The notes under the pieces: generated by a model
What the model saw: only the letters and a program-made list of their open reading frames with translations
Databases searched by the model: none
Told to the model about the DNA's origin: nothing
Assembly (NCBI GenBank): GCA_001687465.1
Contig: LVLI01000325.1
Coordinates: forward strand, 1 to 64,000
Length of the DNA: 64,000 nt
DNA from: Halocafeteria seosinensis
Taxonomy: Eukaryota
Direction: 5' to 3'
Position numbers and translations under genes: made by a program
Shown: positions 11,257 through 22,854 of the stretch, one piece after another
Layout: each line of letters starts with the position of its first letter
Position numbering within the stretch: position 1 is the first letter of the stretch

Positions 11257-13750
11257 TCATAGCGTCCCGGTGATAGTTTTAGATGCAGATTGCTTCTTAG
11301 TCCACTTTTGGAGTGCATCCATCAGCGAACTCAGAGAAGGCTGACTGTCATTCTTTGAACGGAGACGCTGCAAAGAACCGAACGCGTTGATACGACTGAT
11401 TCAAGAATTGGTTTATATCCCTGTGGACTTACATCAGCTCTGACGTTCCACACAGAAACTTCACCGGCGTTGTCACCAATATAAAGTTGTCTTCTCTTCT
11501 GGCTCCACTCAATGCTAGTTATACCATGTTCGCTACATTTCTCCGTAACAAAAGGTGACTGGACAAAACATGGGTATGCAATTACACTAAGTCTAGTTTA
11601 ACGTCATAGGACCCACTTACAAAATCTTCCTGAAAGACATCGAACAGGTGCATTCTCCCGGAACCATCCCCTACCGCAAATATAGAGGGGTTATAGGGAC
11701 ACCTGACGTAAAGATTTGCACAAAGCTTTAATATATCGACGTTATTGGAGAGGTGATTACTACTTACCATTGGACATCCGTTGGAGGACCATGGGCAAGT
11801 TCCCAAGAGGAAATAGGTTCTTCAAGGATCTGTTGGAACGCCGCGCAAATATGAGCAAGGGCATTAATTGCTTTAACGGAATAAAAGACTTACACCAGGA
11901 CTCCAGATGTGAATCTTCCATTCTATCCCGGCAGTGAGAAATACATCGCTTGCTACATGATGGCCCCTGTTCCTCTTGCTGGTCTCCGTAACAACCCCAG
12001 GGTGGTGGCGAATGATACGCACCGGGCTTGTGTGTCCTAGTAGTCGTTTTGTTAGTCGAGCTGCTCGGTTCGAGAGAGTACCGACATAAATACATCCATC
12101 CTCTCCACCAATGTACAGCGAGCTAGAATCGCCATGAGGGAAAGATATTGCTCCCGGAACAACGTCGTATTCGCTTTCGGATTTTATGCTGTTAGCTACG
12201 TGTCCAAACGCGGAGCTAGCAAAATCTTTAGCCAGAGCGATATCTCTCTCTGAGGGCCTAAAAGCCAATTGCGATTGCATGATTGGTTCCATGAGTTGAT
12301 TAGGTGCCCACGAGCACACCGTCCCGTCTTCGCAAATGGTAACCAGCGTGGCTGTGCTGGTTTCGGCACTGATCATCTCCATTCCTCTTATCGGAGAGAA
12401 GTGACCCTTATCTTGAAGCAATGCACTAGCTTCGACTGGTTCACCTCCGGAGCTTGTATCCCACCGGACTATTTGACCGTTTCGTAACCCTCCGATGACC
12501 ATCGTCGATACGCTAGGATGGCGTAATAAGCACATGATTTCTGATGAGCTGTATACCAACCTTTCCGGCACGGACGGCGCCATCAGGTTCCATATTGAGG
12601 CGACTCCGTCAGGAACATATTCGAAAACTCCTCTCCTAAATGATTGCACTAATTCGGAGGCCTGTTGGAACGTTCGGGGGGTTTGCGGCATCATCGGGAG
12701 CGAATTTCTATACACAGCGAGCACATATTCTTCCGAATCAACTGAGTAGCAGCTAATGCTCGAAATGCATCGACGAGACAAGTAAGCCTTTGCTCTCTCA
12801 TCCACCGTCTTCGTCCTACGAGTCGACTTGGAAGACTCCGGTTCCGTGGAGGTATTGACGACCAACGATAGTATGTGGGAAAACGTTTGATCCCCCGAAT
12901 AATCACTTCCATCAGACGTTGAATGCAGAGGTAAAAGGAGATTTCGAAGATAGTCCCCGTAAGTAGTAGCATCTAGAGCACGCTCCATTGGCCGCGTAAC
13001 ATTGTGAAGAAAATCCTGGAACTGGGAAGAGTGCATTTCCGTTTCTAAATCCTGTGCATTTCTCTTCATATACTTTCCGACTTCGGAAAAGTCCTGTATG
13101 TCCTCCACTTGCGTCCCTTCTTCCACCTTGTTTTCATTGTCCTCAGCGTCAGATTCAGAGTCCTGGGCAGAAATTCAAAACAACATTAACACAATTGAGG
13201 TATCACGCCGCGCACAGTTTATCCACTTACGGGTTTCCTCCCTGCGTTCGTGTCATCAAGAGGCATATACTCCTCCTCCTCCGTTTGTACAGACCGATTA
13301 TAGCTATCGCGAGACGTTGGTGCAATGTTGGTAATGGCTTTCTCATTGCTCTGCAGCGTGGGCTAAGTGGTGCTTTATGGAGTGACAAGGGCAGGATACA
13401 GGCGCACTTACGAGTGACAAACGCTGCAGCGCTTCGTCGATAAGCTTCTCCTTCTGATCTTCTTTTTGCCCCGGAACAGGGGCTGATAATAAACTCTCTA
13501 TATAACTATCCAAACTCTCCTGGTTCCCATTGGTGTCATGGTCTGACTGCGTCTGTTTGCCATCTTTCTCTCCCCCCGTCCCCTGGGAGAGGTGATCCTG
13601 ACGCTGCTGGAGGTTCTTGAGCTTACGCTCCTGCTCCTCGCGCTGCTTCCGAAGAGCTTGTAGCTGTTGTTTCTTCTCCTCTAAGCGTTGGCGGCGGTAC
13701 TCGGGGTCTTCCAAGTCCCCGCCCCCACGAGGGGTTGTATGACTATCCAT
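11257..13750 (-). CDS. Cytoplasmic dynein intermediate chain (WD40)
   Basis: N-terminal RRQRLEEKKQQLQALRKQREE helix, then the light-chain-type site YSYRETLVQ. WD40 repeats include VIGGLRNGQIVRWD, IGGEDGCIY, FLTAGIEWKIHIWS and IFAVGDGSGRMHLFD. Several GT-AG introns; the last exon ends in TGA at 11257. Confidence 0.85.
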
Positions 13751-14647
13751 ACTATCTATGTAGACCAAACACGATATAGGTAAACTTGGATATTGTATTC
13801 AGGATGCCATAATTATACAAAACATTAAAGAAAGACCACACATCGGGGGCTTCAATTTATGTTTATGAATTTGAAATACAATGACACGTCTGTTTGACAG
13901 CAGAAGTTCCAGCTTGTGTACAATTGTATTTATCCTACCGGAAGAGCTACTGTGAAAAATCAAAATCCATCAGCGGCGGATTATACTTACTGGAAGAGGT
14001 ACATTACGTGGTTCCCTAGGAGACAAAGTCCACACTTGACTTCAGGCCCGGTGGAAGCGACAGTAACCTACACCGAAACAGCCCCAGCAGTATGAGATAA
14101 GTCTACTATACAATATACAGGGCGCCGAAACTATCCTATTGTTCTGGGAGGATTCGACTACACGTTGTGTCCATCCTTTCTTGAAGGGGAAAAGGAAAAA
14201 TTCAACGAACTGAACATTATAACTTTGCGGTACAATGTAATCCATTATCCCATTTCAGCAAAACATTGGGTGCAACTATGCTGCCCTTAGTTTTGGACAA
14301 AACCAAAGCTCCTAGAATTGCTCTTTGAAATTTTTATCTGCGCAAGTCTTGCTTGGGCGGTTTTGGTTGAAGTGCTTTGCTCCACCCATGTGGCCACTCT
14401 AAACACTGCACAACCAAAGAGTTTGCCACGCAATCTTCCTTAACATTTTTTGTGTAAGCTGTGTAGTAACACTCAAACTGTTGGGAAGCTGACCTCTATG
14501 CTTGAGCCCTGGGGCCTTCACCAACAGGGTGCCTTCGGTAGATGTTCTGTGTGGATAATCCAAGCAGTAATGAAAACCTCGATTGTTTCAGCGATAATAT
14601 TCACCACCCTGAAGGGCTCTCTGTAGGTGCAAGTTCAGACGGCGAGA

Positions 14648-17600
14648 ATGAAGGGTCTACTAGGGGTACCAGTAGTTGTCTTTCTGGCTACGGTTTATCT
14701 CACGGAGAATACTGTGAGGGGGCACGAGTGTATTCACGATGAATTATCGGCATTGAAGAGAAAGTATCAACTAACTTCAGCTCGCGTGCCACAATCCTAT
14801 AAGGAGCTATCACACCTAGAAAACTCTGGGAGACAGCTCGAAGGCTCATCTACGTTTGAGGGGATACGGATTACATACGACTTGTCTCGCATTGACGCGT
14901 AAGTAGGGGCAGCATGTCCACTCATTTTCCTGAACAATGATCAGTATGAAACCTTCTTTTCAACAGACTAGATCTTCCGGACGACCTTAATAACTATGAG
15001 GAAAAGTTTGCTTGCCTTTCTTCTGGCGATTCATATGTTAAAACTCCAACAAACGACGGGGCCCGGAAATCGTGTTCCTCTGCGGACGTCTTAACTGAAA
15101 CGAAGCGAACTCAACTTATCAACTCTTTGAATGATGCGCGGAGTTACTTAACACAAGCACTGAGAGTGATACCCGTCCAAGGAAATCTCAGAGTCGACCA
15201 CCCCTTTTCGAATTGTGGAGGGAATGACTTCAACTTTAACTTTGCGTGCTGCCGCGATCAGATGGAGGACAACCCTGTAACAGCCGACTTCCTACAGAAT
15301 GGTGTTAGCAATACTGACTTTCTTGTACACGTTACAGCAAGGCCAACAGAGGGAACCACACTGGCTTGGGCTGTAGGCTGCCAGCGTGACAACAAGGAGC
15401 GACCAATTGCTGCTCAAATCAACATTGGACCAGCTCAAATACCTCTAGTAAGCAGTGAAGTGGAAGGATTCACTCGCACAGTGATCCATGAACTAATGCA
15501 TGGCCTTGGGTTTAGTAGTGACAGCTGGTCACTCTTTTGGGACCCGGTAACACAGCAAACAATATCGAAAGACGATGTCCTGTTCGAAGGAGAGTCCAGT
15601 GAGCTGGCAGGGAAACCGATCACAAAGATTATAAGTCCGCAGGTTGCTGCTAAAACTCGTGAGCAATTTGGGTGCGAAAGGTGGAATGAAGCCGGGGCAG
15701 AATTAGAAGATTTCGGAGGGAGTGGAACTGCAGGATCTCATTGGGAAAAGAGAGTGTTCATGGACGAAATCATGACAGGAACCAAGTCAGGGGACTCTCA
15801 TATCACTGCTGTAACGTTGGCACTGTTCGAAGATACAGGTTGGTACACTGTGGATTACAGCCTCTCAGAACGAAATCCGTGGGGACGTAATGAGGGGTGC
15901 GATTTTGCCCGACGAACTTGCGGCGATAGTTGGAGTTCTACTTATTTTTGCACGGAAGAAGGTCAAGAGGGATGTACTTTCGACCATTTTACAAGGGGGA
16001 GTTGTCGGCTTACTCGTATAGCAGGGAACTCCATCGAGAGTCACTTCCGATATTTTAGTGACCCGGAGCTATACGGGAGAAGGGCAATCCTGGACTATTG
16101 CCCAATACAAGAAGGGTTCAGCAACGGCGACTGTCGTGATACGGAGTCTTTCGATATTTGGTGGTACGGTGATTCATTAGGATCAGAGAGTAGATGCTTC
16201 ACAGGGTCCTGGAAAAGGTCGATACAGACATCGGATGTCGGCTTTCACAATGGTTGCCTCCGTGTAGAGTGCGATGAGTCACTGCATATCAGTCTGTTTC
16301 TCAAACGTGGGTCGTCGTTTGACGGCCCCGTAGCCTGCCCTCGAGATGGTGGGTTTATAGATTTGTCCATGGTTGACCTCACGAAAGATACCTGGACTGG
16401 AACGGTACTGTGTCCACCAGCCGACGAAATATGCACTCCGGAGTTCCGAGACAATTCCGCTGCTCCTGTTTGCACTTCTAACAGTTGCAATGGACACGGA
16501 GTTTGCGCAGTCATCAATAAAGCTATTAGCTGCGACTGTGACGATGGTTGGGGAGGGGATAGTTGCTCATGTCCCGCTAAGAATGGAGAAGTGTGCTCCT
16601 CACAGGGAACTTGTGATGAACAAAGGCATGAGTGCGAGTGCAACGTTGGGTTCCATGGCGATGCATGCGAGGAAGAAGGATGTCCAGTTGTGTCGCGGGA
16701 GACAATAAACGCCAATTGTCCGGAAGATGATAGCGAGTGTGAGTGCTCGGGAAATGGCGTGTGTGACACGGAAAAGGGTTGCTTATGCTTCTCTGGATTT
16801 ACGGGCACTGCTTGCCAACTGCTTGCCTGCCCAGCTGTCGGAAGTTCTGAACCATGTGGCTACAATGAAACAAACCCTGCTCTGTCTCAGGGTGTTTGCG
16901 CTAGTGATTTTGGGGTATGCTCTTGTAAAACGCTTTCGCTTGATGGTAATATCGTCCATTATTCTGGTCCCGCATGCTCAGAACTAAATTCTGGTCCAAG
17001 AGCAGTACACAGACTGAATTACCACTCAGGAAACGCTTCGTCCCCCGTGTTTAATCTCCAAAAAAAGCTGTACTCTTACTTTGCTTTCGAAGTCGAAAGC
17101 ACCGAATTCGCTTCGTATTTGGAGGTTACGTTCAGTTGGGCAAACGCTACTTTTATTGGGGACGAGCTTTTTATTCCTTCGGTGCTGGCGCATGCGTTTT
17201 TTAGCGAGCCGTCACCAGCGGGAACTGAAAGACTTCCATCCATCACTGACTCCGTATTTGAGGCTGGACCTGTTGGCGAGCCATCGCTACACGAGATATC
17301 AGGGGTGGCGACTGCTGCCTTCGTAATGGAATTTTCACAACGGCTCTACCCCTCTGAGTACAATCAGGTGGGAGACATGCTGGTCTCGCTCGTTGCCATC
17401 GAGCAGGATGTCAATATACAAATTACGGTTACCCGGGATGCATGTGCAGATGTAGAGTGCGTCCACGGAACGTGCTCAAACGGAATATGTCAGTGCGAGC
17501 GTTTCGTGTTTTCTCCTGAAGCAGGAATCCCCGAGCGCTATGGGTGGACAGGTACAAACTGTGATTCCCCAGATTGTCCTGGGAGTCCGGATTGCGGCGG

Positions 17601-19752
17601 GTTTCGGGGCTCGTGTTCGAAGCCAATGGAGGAATCTGATTCTTCCGTACCCTTTTGTATTTGCAGCCAGCTATATCAAGGGCAGGCATGTGAACAGCAT
17701 AATCTGGATTCTGTCAAGTACATTTTCGGTGCAATGGCGCACGAAGATTCTGCGAGGGATATAGATGATGCCGTTGTCGGTCAGGTTGGCAACGGAACAC
17801 GCTTTATTCGCAATACGTACACCGGAACAATTGATACAGGCGGCGAAGTCACTACCGAAATCGCTATTGATCTTGACCGGCTGTTGGAATTCGGGCGATT
17901 ATCGTCTGTTCCTGCTTCATGCCACCTGAAACTTATCACATCGGCGAATAGTTCCGCAGACCCCATGCTTTTCCTCCGAAGAGGAACGGCTCCTACGCTA
18001 TCCTCATATGATCATTTTGATGCTTCTTCTTGGAACGAGAAATCAACGACTCATGAAATTATATCCCGTTTGACTTCGGGTGCGTGGTTCGTCGGCGTAT
18101 ACAATGGCCGATACGGCACAGACAAGCTCGTATACACTCTACACGTGGAAGTATCAGACGGTTGCCCTTCCAGTATCAGTGACTGTTCTGGCCACGGATT
18201 TTGCTCCTTCACTTGTAAGTGCGATGACGGATTTGCAGGAAAATCTTGTTCGGATCGCGTTAACAATATTGGCAGTACGGGAGCTATGGTAACAAGGGAA
18301 CTTTTACCCGGGGACTGGTCCTTTTCCGTGTATACTTTGGCACCTGACGACATGTACATCGAGCTCAGGATGATTGTAGAGAGTGATACTTCTGGTAATT
18401 TCCGACCCTCAATATCAGCCTTGTTTCAAGAAGACAAAAATCAGGTGGCAACGGAGCGGTTACGAAGTGGTGCTGGAGAGGCTGGGGTGGCCGAAGTGAT
18501 TACTGACTTCGATGGGATATCGCAGGGTAAGAAAAATCAGTCAATGATATTGAACAGAACTCCCGGATCACGGCACGGAAACAAGAGATTCCTTTATATC
18601 GGTGTGCAAAATAAGGGTAAGATATCGCAGGGGCACGCTTACGTAGAAGTAGCCAGTCTTAACCGGGCTGACATTGACTCGGCTTGTGAGAGCTCTTCTG
18701 ATGAAGCCATGCGTTGTAAGGCGAATAAATGCTTCGGCAGAGGAAATATGGTCAGTAGCGACGGTGAAATATTATGCACATGTGACGTCGGATGGAATGA
18801 TGTTACGTTTTGTGGAGCTCCTCTACTGCAATCTCTGGGAAGGATGAGCGAAGCAGCGCAAAAATTATCTACTCTGTGTAGTATTTGCACGGAAGAAACA
18901 AACCTTGAGACAAACGAGCTCCATGTATTTCGTTTAGCAAAGCCTTTAGGACGTGGTGCATTTCATGAGATTGTCGTCGAAAGCAGTACCTTTTCGAATT
19001 CGTCAGCACGGGCTCTTACAAGAACTGAAGAAGGCAATGCCGCTCTGCTGCTTTCAGCAACGTTGCCACGTAGTATTCGCGACTATTCGATTGTAAAATC
19101 GTCTCCCGCTGGAAAGCAAATGCTGTACATTTATGGCAACGATAGTGTCGCTACCTATTGGGTGACTGTGTACGGAAATGCCAGAGGTAGTTTTACCATC
19201 AGTTCTCGTAGGAAACAGGATGACAGTGTGCAACCGGAAGAAACATCGTTTTCCAAAGAGGTATCCAATTGGGCAATTGGAACGGGAGCTGGAAGGATGA
19301 CACTTTCTGGATGTGCAGCCTTTGTGCTCATCATCTCCGGATGTTGCCTTGTGGACAAGTTCGGCGGTCGTTTGTGCCCCCGTTGGTTGCAACCGAGAAA
19401 CGAGGGTTCCAAACTCGCTGTGTTATTTGATGAAGGGGTGGATGAATACGAGAGTCGCAGTCCCATACAAGTATTCAAGAAGCCTGATCGACTGGAAGTG
19501 GAAGAGTCGATTTTAGAAACACGGAAGCAGATACATAGAAGCGGGACTAAGAATCCTCCCGTCGTAAGGAGTACGAGCATTAGAGGGCTGCAGAAAGACT
19601 CTGAATCCAAAACTACTGCGAGTCCACTGCATAGTGGAAGGGTAATGCAGAAGTTTAGCTCGCGAAGAATATTTCAACATCGAGAAGGGAAGCGTGACGA
19701 CTCTGAACTGGGTAGACTAGGATCGCGGCGGAATTTAGTGCGCAAAACATAG
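14648..19752 (+). CDS. Leishmanolysin/GP63-like M8 metalloprotease with EGF-like repeats, PPC-like domain and C-terminal TM (~1678 aa)
   Basis: Exon 1 14648-14898, intron 14899-14966, exon 2 14967-19752. Signal peptide and propeptide CIHD, then HELMHGLGF (HExxH), ELEDFGGSGTAGSHWEKR and DEIMTG (Met-turn). Many CxCxxGWxGxxC repeats and a TM near residue 1530. Confidence 0.93.
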
Positions 19753-19864
19753 TATACAATGTAGACTTGATGAAGTTCCTAACTTTGTAGAGTTAAAAGG
19801 TGATATTTCACTCTTGAATGAACCAAACAACAGCCAACCACGGGTCCTAATTGGGTTTCACTAA

Positions 19865-20363
19865 TTAATCTACATTGGACATTTCAGCATCGGTATACTT
19901 CTCTCCAGTGGATTTGCTTCTCTTTCGTTCCAGGATATTCTTTCTGTCCTTATCGAGTTTCAGCTTAGTGATCACCAGGTTAGAGGGGTGGAATCCAACT
20001 TGCACTGGGGCGCCGTTGGCCTTTTCGCGAGTAAATCGCTCAATGTGCACGACGAATTTCTTGCGGTATACAGTTTTAACCTTTCCTTCGCGTTCTTTGT
20101 ATTGTCCACGGACGACAGTCACCTCGTCGTCTTTGCGAATAGGCATTGAACGGACACCATATTTCTCCCTTAACTCCTTCGACAAACGAGCGCTCATAAG
20201 CACTCTGCGAGTGTTCGAGTCTGAGGCAAAATGAGCCTTCCGGCTTTTCCTTCGAGAAGAGCTAAGATTTGGGCTGCAAAGAAGGGGAAACATAGAAGAG
20301 GGAGGACAGTGAAAAACTCATTGAGATCTGGTCCAGTTTCTCCCTCGCTTACTTGAACTTCAT
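19865..20363 (-). CDS. RPL26: 60S ribosomal protein L26 (uL24)
   Basis: Exon 1 20363-20353, intron 20274-20352, exon 2 20273-19865. This gives [19 protein letters not shown]...[22 protein letters not shown]. Confidence 0.98.
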
Positions 20364-20593
20364 TTTCTTTGGTCGTTCTCGAGTCCCTCCGTAGCCAACG
20401 TATTTGTTCCTTTAGAAACAAATATGACCTGCATACGTAACTCAAGCACCGGTTACTAGATTAATCCGTATGAATGAAGGAAGAGGTCTGCTTCACGAAA
20501 ACAACCCGCGAACTCTGGTGGGAATATTGAGATATTCCCTTATGAATTTACGCCCATCCACCAGTTGTGCACCTTGATAAATAGATAAATGCT

Positions 20594-20894
20594 CCGCATG
20601 ACTATCAGAGGAGATAGAGCAGCTTCATTTCAGACCATATACAGCGTCGTTGTCGAACAGAGCCCCTCCAGGAGGTTAGGCTCAGCTCAAGGGGCAACCC
20701 AAAGGGAACAAAAAAGGGTCTCAGGGTGTGTGACACTGCCCTCCAAGCAACCACAAAAAGCATCGGGGAGGGTTCAGCGGGGGCGGCTAGCCGGGGNTCC
20801 TGACCCCAAGGTTCAACACCGTCCTCTTGCCGAGCAGCCACCCAATCTCCTCTTAGAACCACTCGCAGCTCCCTTATTACAGTCATCCATGCAG
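20594..20894 (-). ncRNA. Unidentified ~300-nt structured RNA element upstream of RPL26 (probably intronic)
   Basis: Nested long-range helices: 20879-20886 with 20598-20605; 20836-20853 with 20607-20624 (17 of 18 paired); 20811-20822 with 20641-20658. These close a multi-hairpin head. Many pairs are G-U only on the minus strand. A GTAAGG donor lies at 20933. Confidence 0.55.
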
Positions 20895-21349
20895 ACCAGG
20901 CGGTGGAGACATAAATGATCGGGAATGCCTTACCTTGTTGCAATGAATTCCAAGTCCCGCGGTTGGAAAGCTGTACAGTTCCCTCAATGAAGAGACTCCG
21001 AAGACGACAAACTTTGTTGCTTCTTTCCGAATAGTCCAACAATTGATTGCTATTTTGGAACTTCAACGTCGACAGCTCGACGCGCGCAAGGCTTTATTCA
21101 TACTTCTTGAAGTTCTTGTTGTCAATATAGAGGTATCTGCGCGATTATTTTGATCACATAGCTGCATAACGGGTATACGATTGAAGCAAGTTTACATTCA
21201 AAGGAAACCGTCGAAGACTTGAGCTGTGCATCGTCCAACACCGACCGCTGCCGTTAAACCCGTGAGACCTTGGCTACGCCGTGCTTACACGACAAGTGAG
21301 GGAGTAAGGGAAATAAGCGTTTGAACCACTCAGCCCGTACCAGACAGAA

Positions 21350-22629
21350 ATGTCCGCAAGTTGTTTAGATATCGTTGACGACACGTAAGAGGCTTCTGCT
21401 GTCGGTCTCAAAGTCGAGTTCAAATGTGATACTAGAAGGTGTTGTCTGCAGGAAGCGCCAGTTGGAGAAATTCCAAGAGCGTAAATCTTATTGGGAGAGT
21501 GAGAGTGCAATGCATGAGGATGATGATACACGTTCGGCGCATTTCCAGGTGGGTTCAGGTATGATGCTAGCTGCGTTACAGAAGGATTCAACCTCGTCCC
21601 GATGGTTACAGGAGATGCAACAAGACCTTACTAACATCCAAGAGGAATATCTCGACGCTCAGACGCGTAGTTTCGTATTGAAGGCGCTTACAACATCCGC
21701 TTCCAATCCTGAATCGTATCTTGACAATCTTATGAAGAACGGAGGGCATCACAATGATGTAAAGCGCCCCAAACTCGACGGTAAGCAGCTGACAACTTTC
21801 TCGCTGTTGCTTGTACTTACTCTTTTTACTTGCTTGAGCTATGTTATGCAGCTCAGGGAAGACAGGCTTTGCATGACAGAGTAACGGAAAATATTACTGA
21901 TTGCCAAAATTGTAAGTTGTGAGCTCTGTTTTCGGGAATATTCTCTTGTCCCCCAGGATACGCAGTAAATGTTCTGCAGTGAAACAGCAACTAGAAGAAA
22001 CTTCGGAGAGAGTGTCAAGAAAAGTTGAACAGTGTGAAAGAATACAGCAAAACCAGTTGAATGAAGAAGAATTCAGTGGTGACGAAGAAAACAGAAACTC
22101 TGTGAGGAGGCTACGAAATCTAGAGTATGAGAACGCGACGAAACAAATGGGAAACAAAGAAAAAGAGGAAAGAATAAACCGCTTGAATTCTACACTGGAG
22201 GCATTAAGAAAAACAGAAAAAGAATATAGCGAAAGGCTTGCTAGTCCTCTTTCACAGGCAAGGGATATGAGTGGATTTTATGGAGGTCTTTACGAGAACC
22301 TACAGAAATGGATTGGCCTGGAGATCAAGGACGACAAACATAGCCCACTAGAGACGGATAAAGGAGGTAATCCAACGACATTTTCCGTACGACTCGGTAA
22401 AGATGCTTCTGTACGCGTTCATTTGAAAAACGCTTCCGAACTAGGTGTCTTTGTATCGGAAAAAGCGGTGACGAACGCATACTGCAAGAGTATCAAACTG
22501 GAGGAATGGCCACTGGAATCGAAGGAGAAAGCGAAGGAAATCATCAACGCTCGGGAAGGCAAATATCCTCTTGCATGTACTATATGGAAGTTACACGAGC
22601 TAGTTGAAAACAGAAATGCTTCCTTGTAA
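21350..22629 (+). CDS. Coiled-coil protein with C-terminal RWD-like domain; Zwint/Sos7/Kre28-like kinetochore candidate
   Basis: Exon 1 21350-21384, intron 21385-21451, and further introns near 21549, 21781 and 21881. DLTNIQEEYLDAQTRSFVLKAL resembles the Sos7 F..L...Y.EQ.TK..F...I motif and is followed by coiled coil. The gene model is solid; the family call is tentative. Confidence 0.6.
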
Positions 22630-22854
22630 AGTAATATACAATACATGACCTCGGCGTGGCTCGTTGCGACTCCAGCAACTTCAACTAAAGTTCTCACGCT
22701 CTCTATACAATAGAGCCGATGCCTGGTACTTTTGTTGAATCACGAGTTTTTTTCGGTATTGACATGGGTCTGAATGGTAGACAATAGGCGTCCAAAATTG
22801 ATTTTGACGTCCTTGTGCCCTAGCTGCGACTGGAAAGAGTGACGTGGACGTACT

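Noticed and set aside
20660..20730. TPP riboswitch (CUGAGA..CCC)
   Set aside because: It lacks GAACCUGA, the AAU loop and CGnAGG, and the neighbouring gene is unrelated to thiamine.
20670..20780. Telomerase template (CUGAACCCU or CCUAACCU)
   Set aside because: The matches are short and partly paired, there is no A-rich pseudoknot partner, and the telomere repeat is unknown.
20589..21066. ORFs 20589-20918 (+) and 20605-21066 (-)
   Set aside because: No protein features; they are better explained by the GC-rich structured element.
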